A DNA stretch of 63,838 bases, the filler included, from Atractiella rhizophila (lineage: Eukaryota), in assembly GCA_021432655.1 (NCBI GenBank). It is 10 parts of 10 records of this genome, joined end to end, with 100 filler letters (N's around TTAATTAATTAA, not from the genome) between each part and the next. Parts side by side here need not be neighbours in the genome. Positions count along the whole stretch, not along the records: positions 1 to 7,541 come from MU272203.1; positions 7,642 to 15,149 come from MU272205.1; 8 more parts are not named here. One strand, given 5' to 3'. A model generated the notes under the pieces. It was given only the letters and a program-made list of their open reading frames with translations. It did no database searches and was not told the DNA's origin. This document shows, one piece after another, positions 1 through 10,817 of the stretch; the first letter of the stretch is position 1; every line of letters begins with the position of its first letter. The translations under genes and the position numbers were made by a program.

Positions 1-533
1 GGAAATGACGGAGAATATCAGCCTACAGCCATCTATGCTGGCTAGAACAGACTGAACAGTAGATTGGGCTGAAAATTTTCACATCCAACGGTATAGTTTT
101 GTATGATAATGCCTCAATCCCTGTTCTCAGAAGTTCTGACATGACGCATATTTCAAGCTGACGAACGTTAGCTTCGTTTTTAATAGAGAACTGGCTGAGT
201 ATTGGGAGGAAGAAAGGCTCATGGGGGCCTATCTATCCAGAAATCTGACGGCGACGAGTGCACAAACTCGTTCCCGATTGCCACTGTCATGCGGCCATGA
301 GTTATATACATGTGATGTCTGAATTTGCATGCGGAACGTTCTGCTTTGCTTGCAACCATCCCTATTGCTGCAAGAAAAGGAGAATGTTTGGCATGGTATG
401 AGTTTCATTTCGTTCGTCTCCTTGTTGGACGGTAGGGTCAGGGTCAATTGTTCCCAACAAGTCACCTCGTTCCTCGTTTCTCCCCAAAACTTCTCTCCAA
501 AACTGTTACACTATCGTATTAGAAAGGTTCAAT

Positions 534-858
534 ATGCCATACATCGCGACTGAAGTGGTTCTGCCCTTCGACAGGTCTCCAAATGTTCCTAGAATTCAAG
601 ACCTGGTCTATTTCCTATCTTCTGACCTCTTCTTGCTCATGCAGGAAGTATAGATGATTACCGGAGACGGTGTCTACGTCTTTATTTTGGATGACCACGA
701 AGTCCGTCTCGGAAGAAACCTTGCCACTGAAATCTGTGAAGAGATTCTTAAAAAAATGGGGACGGTTTCTCCCGCTGGGAACGCCAGCCGTAAGTTCGTT
801 CAAAGTGGTTTTCCCATTGGCTAAAGGTGTTGTGTCTGCAGTGGATGTCCCATCTTAA
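534..858 (+). CDS. Spliced 74-aa microprotein A1 of unknown function (exons 534-605, 654-789, 842-858)
   Basis: Hand-spliced: MPYIATEVVLPFDRSPNVPRIQDL|MITGDGVYVFILDDHEVRLGRNLATEICEEILKKMGTVSPAGNAS|LDVPS*. GT..AG introns of 48 and 52 nt. Paralog A2 has the same exon lengths (72/136/17 nt), ATG and stop position, with no indels. Confidence 0.7.
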
Positions 859-1638
859 CCGAAATCAAGAATTTGCAGCTAGTTGTGCGATTGTTGTTGA
901 ATTTTGGAATAGCACCCATCCACAAGCTGCTCTCCTCCCCTCGCGTTTTCCGTTTGTTTGCATTCCATCGTGTGATTGTACCCTTTCCTGTACCGGAATG
1001 CATCTTGCCACTCCTGACTGTCACCCTCAAAGCTCCAGACACCTCAGGCAAGTTGATCCTGTAGAATAGTCGCAACTTTGATGTGTCGATGTTTGTTGAT
1101 CTTGGCGGGTCGAACCCACTTCTACCAAAATCTGAGCAAACTTTAATAGTTGGACTCAATGCAATCCGATCGCTTGATCTTACCCCACAAAACAGACCTG
1201 CACGACTGGGAAGATTCCACGACCTGACAGCGCAAATTCGGGAACAGAAGCTGGCGCCCAGAGCTTCAGTGCATTCTTATCTGCCGAATATATTCCTGCT
1301 ATGGAGGGAAACGTCGATAAGAAGACATGTGATATCTCAGAAACCTATTTAAAGTCTGGTATTAGTGACCAGACTGCAGGGTTGGCATGCCTTTCCGCAA
1401 ATCTTCCGAACGGCGACTTTTAAATCTTTTGTTTGGACAGGGCACTAACAAGATATAGACTCTTCATTGGGTCAGGAATTAGGTCGATGCAGGGTTTGAC
1501 AGTTGTCGTAATGTAGCGATGGGAGGTTTGTGTCCGCAGTGTCGGACTACAAGAAATAAAAGGCAGGATCAGCGTCAGTCTTTTCGCTGCCTTGCCATCT
1601 TTTTTCCCTGAGCGTTTTCCAGTACCTCTTACCACATA

Positions 1639-1876
1639 ATGACCTTCTCTCTTGATATTCCTGCACAACATCCGATGGAGCCAGTTCATGCTTCGCTGCA
1701 GAGCTTAGTAAGTCTATCGATAGGAGGAGGAGTCGTTCAGCGGCAGCTGCTGAAATGTTGTTCGTCAGGCTCTTGACTCTCGTGGGAACTACGTATTCGT
1801 TATTAACGGACAGTACACCGTTATATCACCCGAATCAATAGCGAATGTGATGGACATCATCCGCCAAAAGATGTGA
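1639..1876 (+). CDS. Spliced 58-aa microprotein B1 of unknown function (exons 1639-1707, 1769-1876)
   Basis: MTFSLDIPAQHPMEPVHASLQSL|ALDSRGNYVFVINGQYTVISPESIANVMDIIRQKM*. Phase-0 GTAAGT...TCAG intron. Paralog B2 has the same 108-nt exon 2 and stop position. Confidence 0.7.
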
Positions 1877-2478
1877 TCTCTTTTAAGGTATGTTGTTTTA
1901 ACCCAACCAAGGTCTCGTCACAGTATTGACTGCACGCACAACCTACAGCATAGGATTCTGTAACATGCAATCTCTCAGTCTATCTGAGTCCTCATCTCAT
2001 GTTACTCTTCCTCGTCTCCATCTCAAGTTGTGATGCATCTCTACCGTACTCTTATTTCCTCTGTACCTTCGTGATGCATGATGTCCTTTACTTTGTATTC
2101 TTCTCCACCTCAAGTTGCTCCGCAACTGTCATGAGAGAGGCTTCGTGATTTCTCCTCACTCCGTTCTACAGAAACACCATATTTTCAGTTCTGATTTAGA
2201 AATGATTTCAAGACCTCTGCAGATGATGCTCACTACGTTCTCGTCATCAGTTTCTCATTTTCCATACACATCTCCATTTCAAGTTGTGACCAGAAACGGC
2301 TTCAAGGATTCTTTCCAGCAAAAGCACCATATCTCCTCCCTGCCGTGATTCCAGGCCTCGTGTAGACAATACCAAATTTTGGCATCCTGAACTTACGTGT
2401 ATACCCAATCTCAGTCCAGTATACGTCCGATAAGAGCACGTGGTGAACTAGAATTGACTTGCAAACGTTAAGGAAATA

Positions 2479-2834
2479 CAGTCATTTGCAATAGTGTATC
2501 AGTTGTCGTTTGTCGCTCGTTGTTAACTTCATTCCGGCCACCTTCCGCGTCGCAAAATGGCGCAGGCTGGCCCTTTTGCTCATGTGTCAACACTCCACAA
2601 GTCCAACAACCACCTTTTGACGTGTCCTTCAGGCAAATTCCTATGTTCTAATGTGCACCCCAGAATGTGTGTTCTCGTTTCTGCCTATTACGCTGTCTTT
2701 CGAAAAAGAAATCATTTGCTACGGGCACGTGATCTGCGACTTCACGGACAATGACGTAATTTCGCCACCCGGAGAATGGCCGGCATGAAGTTGTGACGAC
2801 GAGCGACAAACGACACTAATTTTGCAAATGACTG
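2479..2834. mobile_element. 356-bp non-autonomous Tc1/mariner-type MITE
   Basis: Imperfect ~80-bp TIRs (CAGTCATTTGCAA...TGTCGTTTGTCGCTCGT...AACTTCAT.CCGGCCA and its reverse complement). TA on both sides (2477-2478, 2835-2836). No transposase ORF. Absent at the paralogous site near 6140-6180. Confidence 0.85.
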
Positions 2835-4360
2835 TAGTAAATAGTCGACTTCTATGATGATGCGGGTGGTACGGTCACGTGGATCAATAGCCAAGGGGCC
2901 ATTTCCTATTGTTGCTTTATTTGATCTTGATCCTCGTCGTGTTTATGTTCCATTTGAATGTTTGGACGACCAATTCTTCTTGAACATTCATCACAAAAGT
3001 GGAATTCGCTGCACTGGTAAATGGATTGAATCGGTGTGAATGTTAAACTCTTATACAGAAGCGACGAACGGTTTACGGTCTCGGCCCAGACGATCACAGG
3101 TACAATACAACGGCTTTGCCCACTGTCAATATCCGTCGGAGATGAGTCGACAGGACGCACAAACTGTCACAAAGAGGTGTACAGGGACATCTTGCAGAAT
3201 TATAAAGCCTGGCTGGGCCAAGTCCTTCAGCCCCCTAAATTTAAAAGCCGTTAAAAAAAAATCAAAACGTCTTGTCGACCACTCTAGGTAAAAAAAATTC
3301 TTATCTATCCATCGAGCAACGATATATGGTGGTGTGAGTCGCATTATTATCGGTGGGGCATTATTTCAGCACTCCAATGTGAGTTACACGTGCTGGTGAA
3401 GGGAGAAGTCAAAGTTTTGATATCTCAAGTAGAGGATAATAAATGCTCAATGCTCTCCTCTCAATCTGTGTTTTCTCGCTTGTCTGCTACGTGTAAACCA
3501 GTACACAAACAGGAAACAGGCAAGGTCCCTCTCAAACATAGGCTCATAAAACTCTTAAAGCCTCATGACGCATCCTAGCATTACTTGCTGGAGCGCCAAT
3601 TATGCTGGAGCATCGATGTTCGAATTATAGCTACGACTCGCCTGATAGATTGTACCAATGAGCCATCTCTCGACCAAAGCCTACATATGAGAGTCCAAAC
3701 AGAAATGATGTTCGCTGGTGCATATATGGATTTTCCCATTCTTCTGACAGTTCAAAACGGAGAGACGTTCTGTGTTTTCGTTAAGCATCTTGATAGGATT
3801 GCTTGCTGAGGATGGCAGGAAGGTTGTGCCGTTACTCAAGCACTTTTGGGCTCGAATCGCCTTGATAGCGAGCCTAAAAATGGCATATGCGCTGACTCTG
3901 ACTGTGAATATCAGTTACAATGTCTTGAACTCTCGACAGAGGGAAGTGTTGAAGTGTTTAGCATCCAACACGATAGTGTTGTTTGTATGAGGGGATTGTC
4001 ATGCCATGTTTCGTATGATGTTTATAGTAACACGACAGCGACTTGGTTTTCTCTGAGAAAACGGTCAGAACAGTTAGCGGATATGCCGATCACTGCAAAT
4101 CAGGCAGTGGCGAGTCTACAATGTTGCTGCTAACGCGGTATGTGGCGATGAACAAGACACAGATGATGTACGCATAACATTCTGCTTTGTTTGCAGGCTT
4201 TACTATTTGCTGCAATGAAAGGAGGATGTTTAGCATGGACAGGTAAAGCGTTTCCCTTCTTCCTTTCACGTACGTACGGTTAGGGTCCAAATGTTTACCT
4301 GCATTCCTCTTTTGTCTCCAAACTTGATACGCAATCGCTGCTTATTATAGAAAGTTCACG

Positions 4361-4685
4361 ATGCCGTACAGCACAACTGAGGAGGTCAAGCCTATCCAGC
4401 AGGCTCCCGATGTTCCAAGAATTCAGAACCTGGTCTGCTGTCTGTCTGCCTTCCAATCTTCTCGCTCATTGGAGGATATGTAGATGATTACGGGAGGTGG
4501 AGTTTATATCTTCACCTTGGATGGCCACAAATTGCATCTCGGAAGAGAGGGTGCCTCTGACCTCTGTGTCGAGATTCTCAAACACTGTGGGAGGGCATCT
4601 GCTGCTCCAAACACTGGTCGTACGTTCGTTCAAAATAATTTCCTCTGTTAAAGGCCCAGTGTGCGCAGAAGTTGCCCCATCGTAG
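4361..4685 (+). CDS. Spliced 74-aa microprotein A2, paralog of A1 (exons 4361-4432, 4484-4619, 4669-4685)
   Basis: MPYSTTEEVKPIQQAPDVPRIQNL|MITGGGVYIFTLDGHKLHLGREGASDLCVEILKHCGRASAAPNTG|QVAPS*. Colinear with A1, with conserved splice sites. Confidence 0.7.
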
Positions 4686-5346
4686 TCGCATCTTCGTCGA
4701 GTCTGCTTAAAGCAAGAAACAGAACAAGAACGTCGCCCATTTTTGTGATTGTCTTCGCAACTTTTTGGAGCTCTCATCCAAGCTGTTCCCCTGAGTTTCC
4801 AGTCTTTCTTGTTTGTGTGTGGCTGTCGTTGTAATATGACCGTAGCGGGCCGAATCTGAAGCAAAGTTCGTACTCACATCTGCCCCCAGCTCGCATGAAT
4901 CTCTTATTTTTGCTGTTCACTACTCTTGGTTGAGGTTATCTCAGCTTAGTAACAGACATAAGTAAACTTTAATAATGTGCAGAGGTCAGAGGTCTCTTAG
5001 ATTTACTGTACTCTGGCGAACCATCACAAACTTGGCCGCAAAACAAAAAAGTTACTGGTGTCTATTGAGGTCTGCAGGGCATTTTCCTTCTGAATGGGAA
5101 ACATTGTCACTTCCATTCTCTCCGGTTCGCACGGTGTGGCTTGCCTTGTTTGTGACGCTTGCCCTCTTCTCCGAACCAACGTATTTGAGCAACAGGTCTT
5201 TGCTCGTTCTTTGTCTCGTTCTTTGGTATCTTCTGGAGGTACTGTTTCAGAATCTAAGCTAGGTCGCGTAAGGCTTTAAAAGCTACTACTGCTACATTTG
5301 GTGTAGAAGGGTGACGTAAAAAACCTCCACTGGAAAATTTCACCTT

Positions 5347-5458
5347 TCGTTGCCTCTTCTTGCTACCTATCCCAAATCAGTTCTCGTTGCCTCTTCTTGC
5401 CATCCGTCACAAAATCATCTTCGTTGACTCTTCTTGCCACCCATTTTAAAATCATCTT
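5347..5458. repeat. Minisatellite, 3 x 37 bp, just upstream of B2
   Basis: TCGTTG(C/A)CTCTTCTTGC starts at 5347, 5384 and 5421. Each copy is followed by a variable stretch containing AAATCA. Confidence 0.8.
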
Positions 5459-5469
5459 ATCATCTCGAT

Positions 5470-5718
5470 ATGTCCTCCCCTTTCGAACCTCCTCCTCAAG
5501 TCTCTACGAGTGCCACGGTGGTCACGATTCCTGCATCGCTCCAGAGCATTGTAAGTTAGGCGATAGTGCCTTTATATCGCTTTTCCAGCAACTGAAATAC
5601 CATTGGTCAGGCTCTTGACACTCATGGTGACTACATACTTGTTATTAACGGATATCCCACCGTTATATCTCGAGAAAGGATAGGGCTGGTTATGAGTATA
5701 CTTAGACGAGGTATATGA
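5470..5718 (+). CDS. Spliced 62-aa microprotein B2, paralog of B1 (exons 5470-5550, 5611-5718)
   Basis: MSSPFEPPPQVSTSATVVTIPASLQSI|ALDTHGDYILVINGYPTVISRERIGLVMSILRRGI*. Phase-0 GTAAGT...TCAG intron. Confidence 0.7.
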
Positions 5719-6380
5719 CACTTTGGAGGTGTGTGATTCTTTCTGCTGTCGGTTTTGTATTACCGTCAGGTTGTTTACTGACTACATTCATTCCAGATGG
5801 CATAGGATTCTGTGAATATGCGAGCTCTTCGGTTCAATTCTCTTGCGTCTTCGTCTCATCTCCACCTCATTACTTGCAGTGTCTCTGCGACTTCTCAATG
5901 TTTGCGCCTGCTTTCAATTTGTCTCTGTCTCCGTCTCAAGTTGCTCCTCACTCCCAATCGAGAAGTTATTTTAGATTTCTGCTCGTGCAGTCATGCAGAA
6001 CCACCACAGTTTTCGTTTTTCGTTTCCCATCTTAGACAACAAATCCCATTCTAGTTCATTTGTCTCTGCAATCGTTCTTTCCATGTCCAGTTCAATCAAG
6101 TTGAACAAAGGCTCAGAACGGAGTGCGGGATAAAAGCATTGACTTGCAAACGTCAGAGTAAATGTTACAAGTAGTCGACCTCGACGAGACTGTGCGAAAC
6201 TGGGAAATGCGGAGTCATAGTTGACCTACGAAACGTTCATACTACATACGGTGTATACTTGGTCAAATCTGGCTATCCTAAATCTCAGTGAAACGGCTGC
6301 CTTCAGATATGCTAGCTAGAGGATTGGTTGGTGGAGCATTGGACTTATTCGGGTTACCGGGAGGATAGGCCTATGCCGAG

Positions 6381-7541
6381 TCAGTTCTATGTCACAACGC
6401 AGAGGAGAGTGCGTACAGAATATCTATTCTCGCTCCTCCTCCTAGGGACTTTGCTCTTCTTCCTCACACCGACTTCGCCCTTGACGTAAAGAGCGCAGAG
6501 ACGCTTGAGGGGGTCGTTGTCGCCTCTCCTAGAGCAATTCGCGAGATGGGCTCGGACTATGGAGGGTCGTTTGAAAGGGTCGACAGAGTTTCGTGCCACA
6601 AATTTGAATCCGCAGATACATTCCCTCAAGTTAAGACATTGGCCACGAAGCCAAAAGTTACCGGGTCCTTTGCCTTGTTGCACACAGACACAGATCAAGG
6701 TCAGCCGTTGTCCCTCTGGACACAGCGAAGTACACACCCGTTCCTGGGAATTGCTCACTGTCTTCCACCCAAACTCTAACATAACCGTCCTTGGGGAACA
6801 CGATCTTCTCTCCTCTCCTCTCTTCTTCTCCCTCATCAGCTCCAGGACTTCCAAAACTATCAGGAGGGGCAGGTCGTCCACAACTCTCGTCCCAGAAAAC
6901 GATTAAATCCTCCGAGGCCTGCCTCGTCTTCACCTCTGGCATGGTCGACTGCGGCGGTTCACGATCCGCGGGAGATTCAGAACGGTGTGAATGAGCTGGA
7001 GAACCACCTCGAAAGATGGGATCGTTTGGAGGGGAATGGCGAGAGGCTGAGGAGGTGGAAAGGGGCCATGTACTCGAGGAAGGTCCGGGGGAGTGTCGAG
7101 ATTGCGGCGCGTGTGAGTGGACTGGTGCGGGATGGGAAAGGCCCAAAGAAAATGGAGGCAAGTTTTGTTTACTGTACTCGTTCGATTGCTCTACGCTCCC
7201 GTGTCAGGACATCCGTTATACGGATGAGCAAGAGGAGAAAAAGGACCTCTCAGTATTTGTCCTAACCGGACAAGCGGATGATCTCGTGGGAGATGTCTCA
7301 TGTTTACAGGATCTGAGAGGAAATTTTGCAAATCACCCCAGCTAACGAAGGCTTGTCCCTGTCCGTTCGAGGAAACAAAAAGGCCTTGCGGGTCAGCTTG
7401 AAGATGCGGCTGGGCATTGTTATCCCGTGTTCCAGAGCTGGGAACGTTGCCATTTGAATTAGTTCGCCCTGGTTGAGGTGGTGGAATGGCGTCCACTGCG
7501 TAGAAGGAGAACGGAGAAGGGGTGTTGTGGTGGTGAAAGAG
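6381..7541 (-). CDS. Hypothetical Pro/Ser-rich protein with a C-terminal Cys/His cluster (possible zinc finger); 5' end in gap
   Basis: Joins ORFs 7191-7496, 6658-7161 and 6387-6881 through probable introns. C-terminal ECICGFKF...SIVRAHLANC loosely resembles a BED-type CCHC finger. Confidence 0.45.
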
Positions 7542-7641
7542 NNNNNNNNNNNNNNNNNNNNNNNNNNNNNNNNNNNNNNNNNNNNTTAATTAATTAANNN
7601 NNNNNNNNNNNNNNNNNNNNNNNNNNNNNNNNNNNNNNNNN
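7542..7641. other. Artificial scaffold spacer (44N-TTAATTAATTAA-44N), first of nine
   Basis: Identical spacers at 15150-15249, 22739-22838, 30318-30417, 37883-37982, 45428-45527, 52964-53063, 60493-60592 and 62198-62297. TTAATTAATTAA places stops in all six frames. Confidence 0.97.
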
Positions 7642-8134
7642 TGTCGTGCAGGAAGGGAAGGTGGAAGGCGTCGCTGAGCAGCTGTTTGAGTTGGGAGACG
7701 GGGAAACCATCGAATTGCCGAACCTTCATCCGGCTCATGGAGGGAAGGAGTATCGATATGCTTACGGCACCCGCAACTCTTGTCGAGGCAGAGAGAGGAG
7801 GACACTTTTCGATTCGCTGATCAAAATCTCCCTTCCTACCTCCTCACCAGGTGCAAAGGAAGAAATTAAAGTCAAACGCTGGTACCGACCGTTCTGTACA
7901 CCTTCGGAACCCATCTTCATTCCCAGACCAGGTGCAGAGCGAGAGGACGACGGAATAGTTCTCAGCGCCGTTTTCGATGCAGGAGAGGGGAGAGGGAAGG
8001 AGAAGAGCTTCCTGTTAGGCTTAGATGCTTTTAGTTTCGAAGAGGTTTTCAGGGCTGAGTTGCCGAAGGAAGAGAAGGGACATGATGGTGTATTCGGGTT
8101 GGGATTTCACGGTACCTTTGGATTTAAAAGATGA
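7642..8134 (+). CDS. Carotenoid cleavage oxygenase (RPE65/CCO family), C-terminal fragment
   Basis: ELP..YRYAYG, PSEPIFIPRPGAEREDDGIVLS, LDAFSFEEVFRAELP and terminal GFHGTF (Fe-ligand His). Confidence 0.9.
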
Positions 8135-9204
8135 ATAATGCTTCTCTGCAAGTAATAGTAGCCCAATGTAACATCTGGCTTCAACCTTCGAAGCTTCGAA
8201 CTTCAAAGCTTCGAGTTCGACAAAGCTTGGGACGCTAACATGCAGAATCGATGCAGTCATCGCTTGAACGCGCGTACGCTTGAATCATTGCTATCGCCAG
8301 CCAAAGAATTGAAGATCATTAGTTGAGGGGAAGGAAATAGAAACGGTGTTCCACCTCAAGTGTTTGTCCAGATAGTTGTACCTAACTTCAATTCAGTTGC
8401 AATGGAGCCGAACCTTAAAGGCAACAAGGGAATGTGTCTTGACTCTTGCACCACACCACCTAGTCAACATTGGTGCTTTGTTCTCGGGTCTTCCAAATCC
8501 GTTTGAGGATGATTGTCTTGTGTCATGCTTATTCCTTGACTTTCAATCCGGGACACTTAAGCCAGGAGGAGCGATATCGCCAACGACAGATGGGCCGTCC
8601 ATTCTTCGAACCTCAGGCTCCTCAGGCAACCTGTTCGCGTCATGTCCGAAAAGGGTCGGAACGGGAGTGGGCATTCTCACAAATATACAAGTTCTTCACC
8701 GTCTTCTTTAACTACCGCTCCCTCTAATCAATTTTCATATTATTCCCCTTGGTTCGCTAGCTCATTTTGCACTGAGGCGCTGCTTTTTGACTTTACCGCT
8801 CTTTGCTAGAATTATGATGCAGCTAGCGAGGCTGGGAACTGCTCTTTATCTCTTCAGATTTCAAGCTTGGAAGTTTCGTCTAGTTCGTCATGCTGCAGCC
8901 TGTGACAGGCTGATACACTGGGCAAGATGGGATGGATTCGACCTCCTCAGTCTAAAATGTGGAGGTCCAATCAGATCAGTGTGTGTTGTTTCGGTGAAAT
9001 GAAACCACGGTCAAGCAAAATAAATGGCAACCCAACGCGGAGCGAGAGTATTGATTAGCGTGGGCTAGGATATTGTGTGCGTATCCTCCACCGATATCCA
9101 TACAGTATAAAGCCAGTTCGTCGTCGCTCCTTTCGCTCTGACCATCAAGACCCATCACCACTCTCCTTTGCACTTGTTCACATCCTATAGTAGTGACTAT
9201 AAAT

Positions 9205-10096
9205 ATGTTTATCCCACTCGCTCTTTCCCTCTTTGGCTTTAGTTTCTCCCTCCCTCTGTCCGCAAACTCCGCACGAGCCGGATGCGCTAACTTGAGCGTG
9301 AATCAGTTACTTGCCATAGCGCCGTCCACGGCGGTATGTAACTCCTCGGCGACATTTGCTGCAGAGTGCAGGACAGCAGACGAAGCCGTTCCCTACATCA
9401 ATGAAAGTTTCAAAACGTACGCGGTCGAAAGTGAGGGAGAAGTTGCGGCCTTGATCTCGCTGATGCTGTTCGAGACGGGCAATTTGAGATTTGAGAAGAA
9501 TCAGTACGTCCCTCATTGCCCCGTCTATTTCAGGCTGATCGGATGCAATGAACATTAGCTTCCCTGCACCTGGAAGGCCCGGACAGGGGACGAGGAACCT
9601 GATGATGTTCAACTTCGTCTATGTAGGCTGTTCCCACCTCGCCATAGCAAAATCCAATGCTATGTGGTGATAGGATTATGCGCTGTCCATTCCAGAGACT
9701 CGGGACGCCGCTCTCGCTCTCTCTCCCTTCCCTCCCGACTCCACCTCGGACGATCCGACCTCTCCCACCTACATTTCTCCCGACACCAAGAACGCCGTAC
9801 TCGCCCTCGTCCTTCCCGACACGTACTCCTTCGCCTCCGCCGCATGGTTCCTCAAGACCAAGTGTCCGGCAGAGGTGTCGGAACTGTTGAAGGAAGGAGG
9901 ATGCGCGGGATTCCAGGCGTACATCGGTGCTGGGTGCATCGGCACGACTGATCCAGATGGGTCGAGGGAGACTGGATGGAGAAATGCGACAAAGGTCATA
10001 ACGGGACGTGAACCTCCCGCTTGTGTCGCGACGGCTCAGATCGAACCAGTAGATGCGGGAGAGATTGTCGTGAATGGAACTGCGGTAGTGTTTTAA
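9205..10096 (+). CDS. Secreted conserved fungal protein, possibly lysozyme/GH19-like fold (two introns)
   Basis: Signal-peptide-like MFIPLALSLFGFSFSLP; ECRTADEAVPYINESF, AALISLMLFETG, FPAPGRPGQGTRNLM, SFASAAWFLKTKC, FQAYIGAGCIGT. Confidence 0.7.
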
Positions 10097-10817
10097 TACT
10101 GTTCCATGAGGAGAAGCGAAAGTGTGATTTGCGTGGTATAATGCACGGAATAACATCCTCGTGGACTTTGTTCTGGGACGCTGTCGCCCTGCATAGTAAT
10201 TTCTTGAGCAATTTCCACAATAAGGTGCACTCTGCTGGATAGCCTTGACTCTGTTGCTCGTGATGGAGGCCGGGTTCGTGCATAATTTATAGCCGATCGA
10301 TGGGTGGCGATGGCAGAGCGGGTGCAGTGTTCAGTCCGAAGCCCAAATGATCTCCGCGTGAATAACTTTGTTGTGCTTTGTTCGGTCTTCCGTGTTCCGC
10401 GAGGAGACATCCAAAAACGACCACCACTCAGTTCTTCCCCAGCACTTCAGTGTCAACACCAATTCACATCCACGACCCTGTAACATCTCGCTGTTTGGGA
10501 CCTTTGAAAGGATTTGGGACTCAGAACCGCAAAGCTGAAAATCGAGGGTGTACATAGCCGCCTCGTTTTCCTGGATTACACTTCACGTTGCAGCGTTTCC
10601 GTGCCCGGTGGCTAGGCTTCATATTTCAGGGCTTTCATAAAGACAAAGCCTGCGTGCGTCCTTATTTTCCCTCTTATCATTCCCAGATTATCTAAGCCAA
10701 CCATCTTTTGTGACTTGTCTTCTAGAATAACTTCTCCACTCAGTCTCTTCTACTCATCCTAGAGTCCAATCGGGCACAAACCACGATAAATCGAAGCTAC
10801 ACACAAAAGTGACGAAG

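Noticed and set aside
615..4864. Minus-strand ORFs 615-803 and 4466-4864 resembling each other
   Set aside because: Antisense shadows of microprotein genes A1/A2; splice signals, starts and stops are conserved only on the plus strand.
5347..5458. Repeat-spacer pattern resembling a mini CRISPR
   Set aside because: Eukaryotic context, spacers similar to each other, only three units and no cas genes.
8175..8230. Palindromic TTCGAAGCTTCGAA cluster (similar ACTTCAAAGCTTC near 14920)
   Set aside because: Short low-complexity motif with no TSD or correct HSE spacing; no function can be supported.
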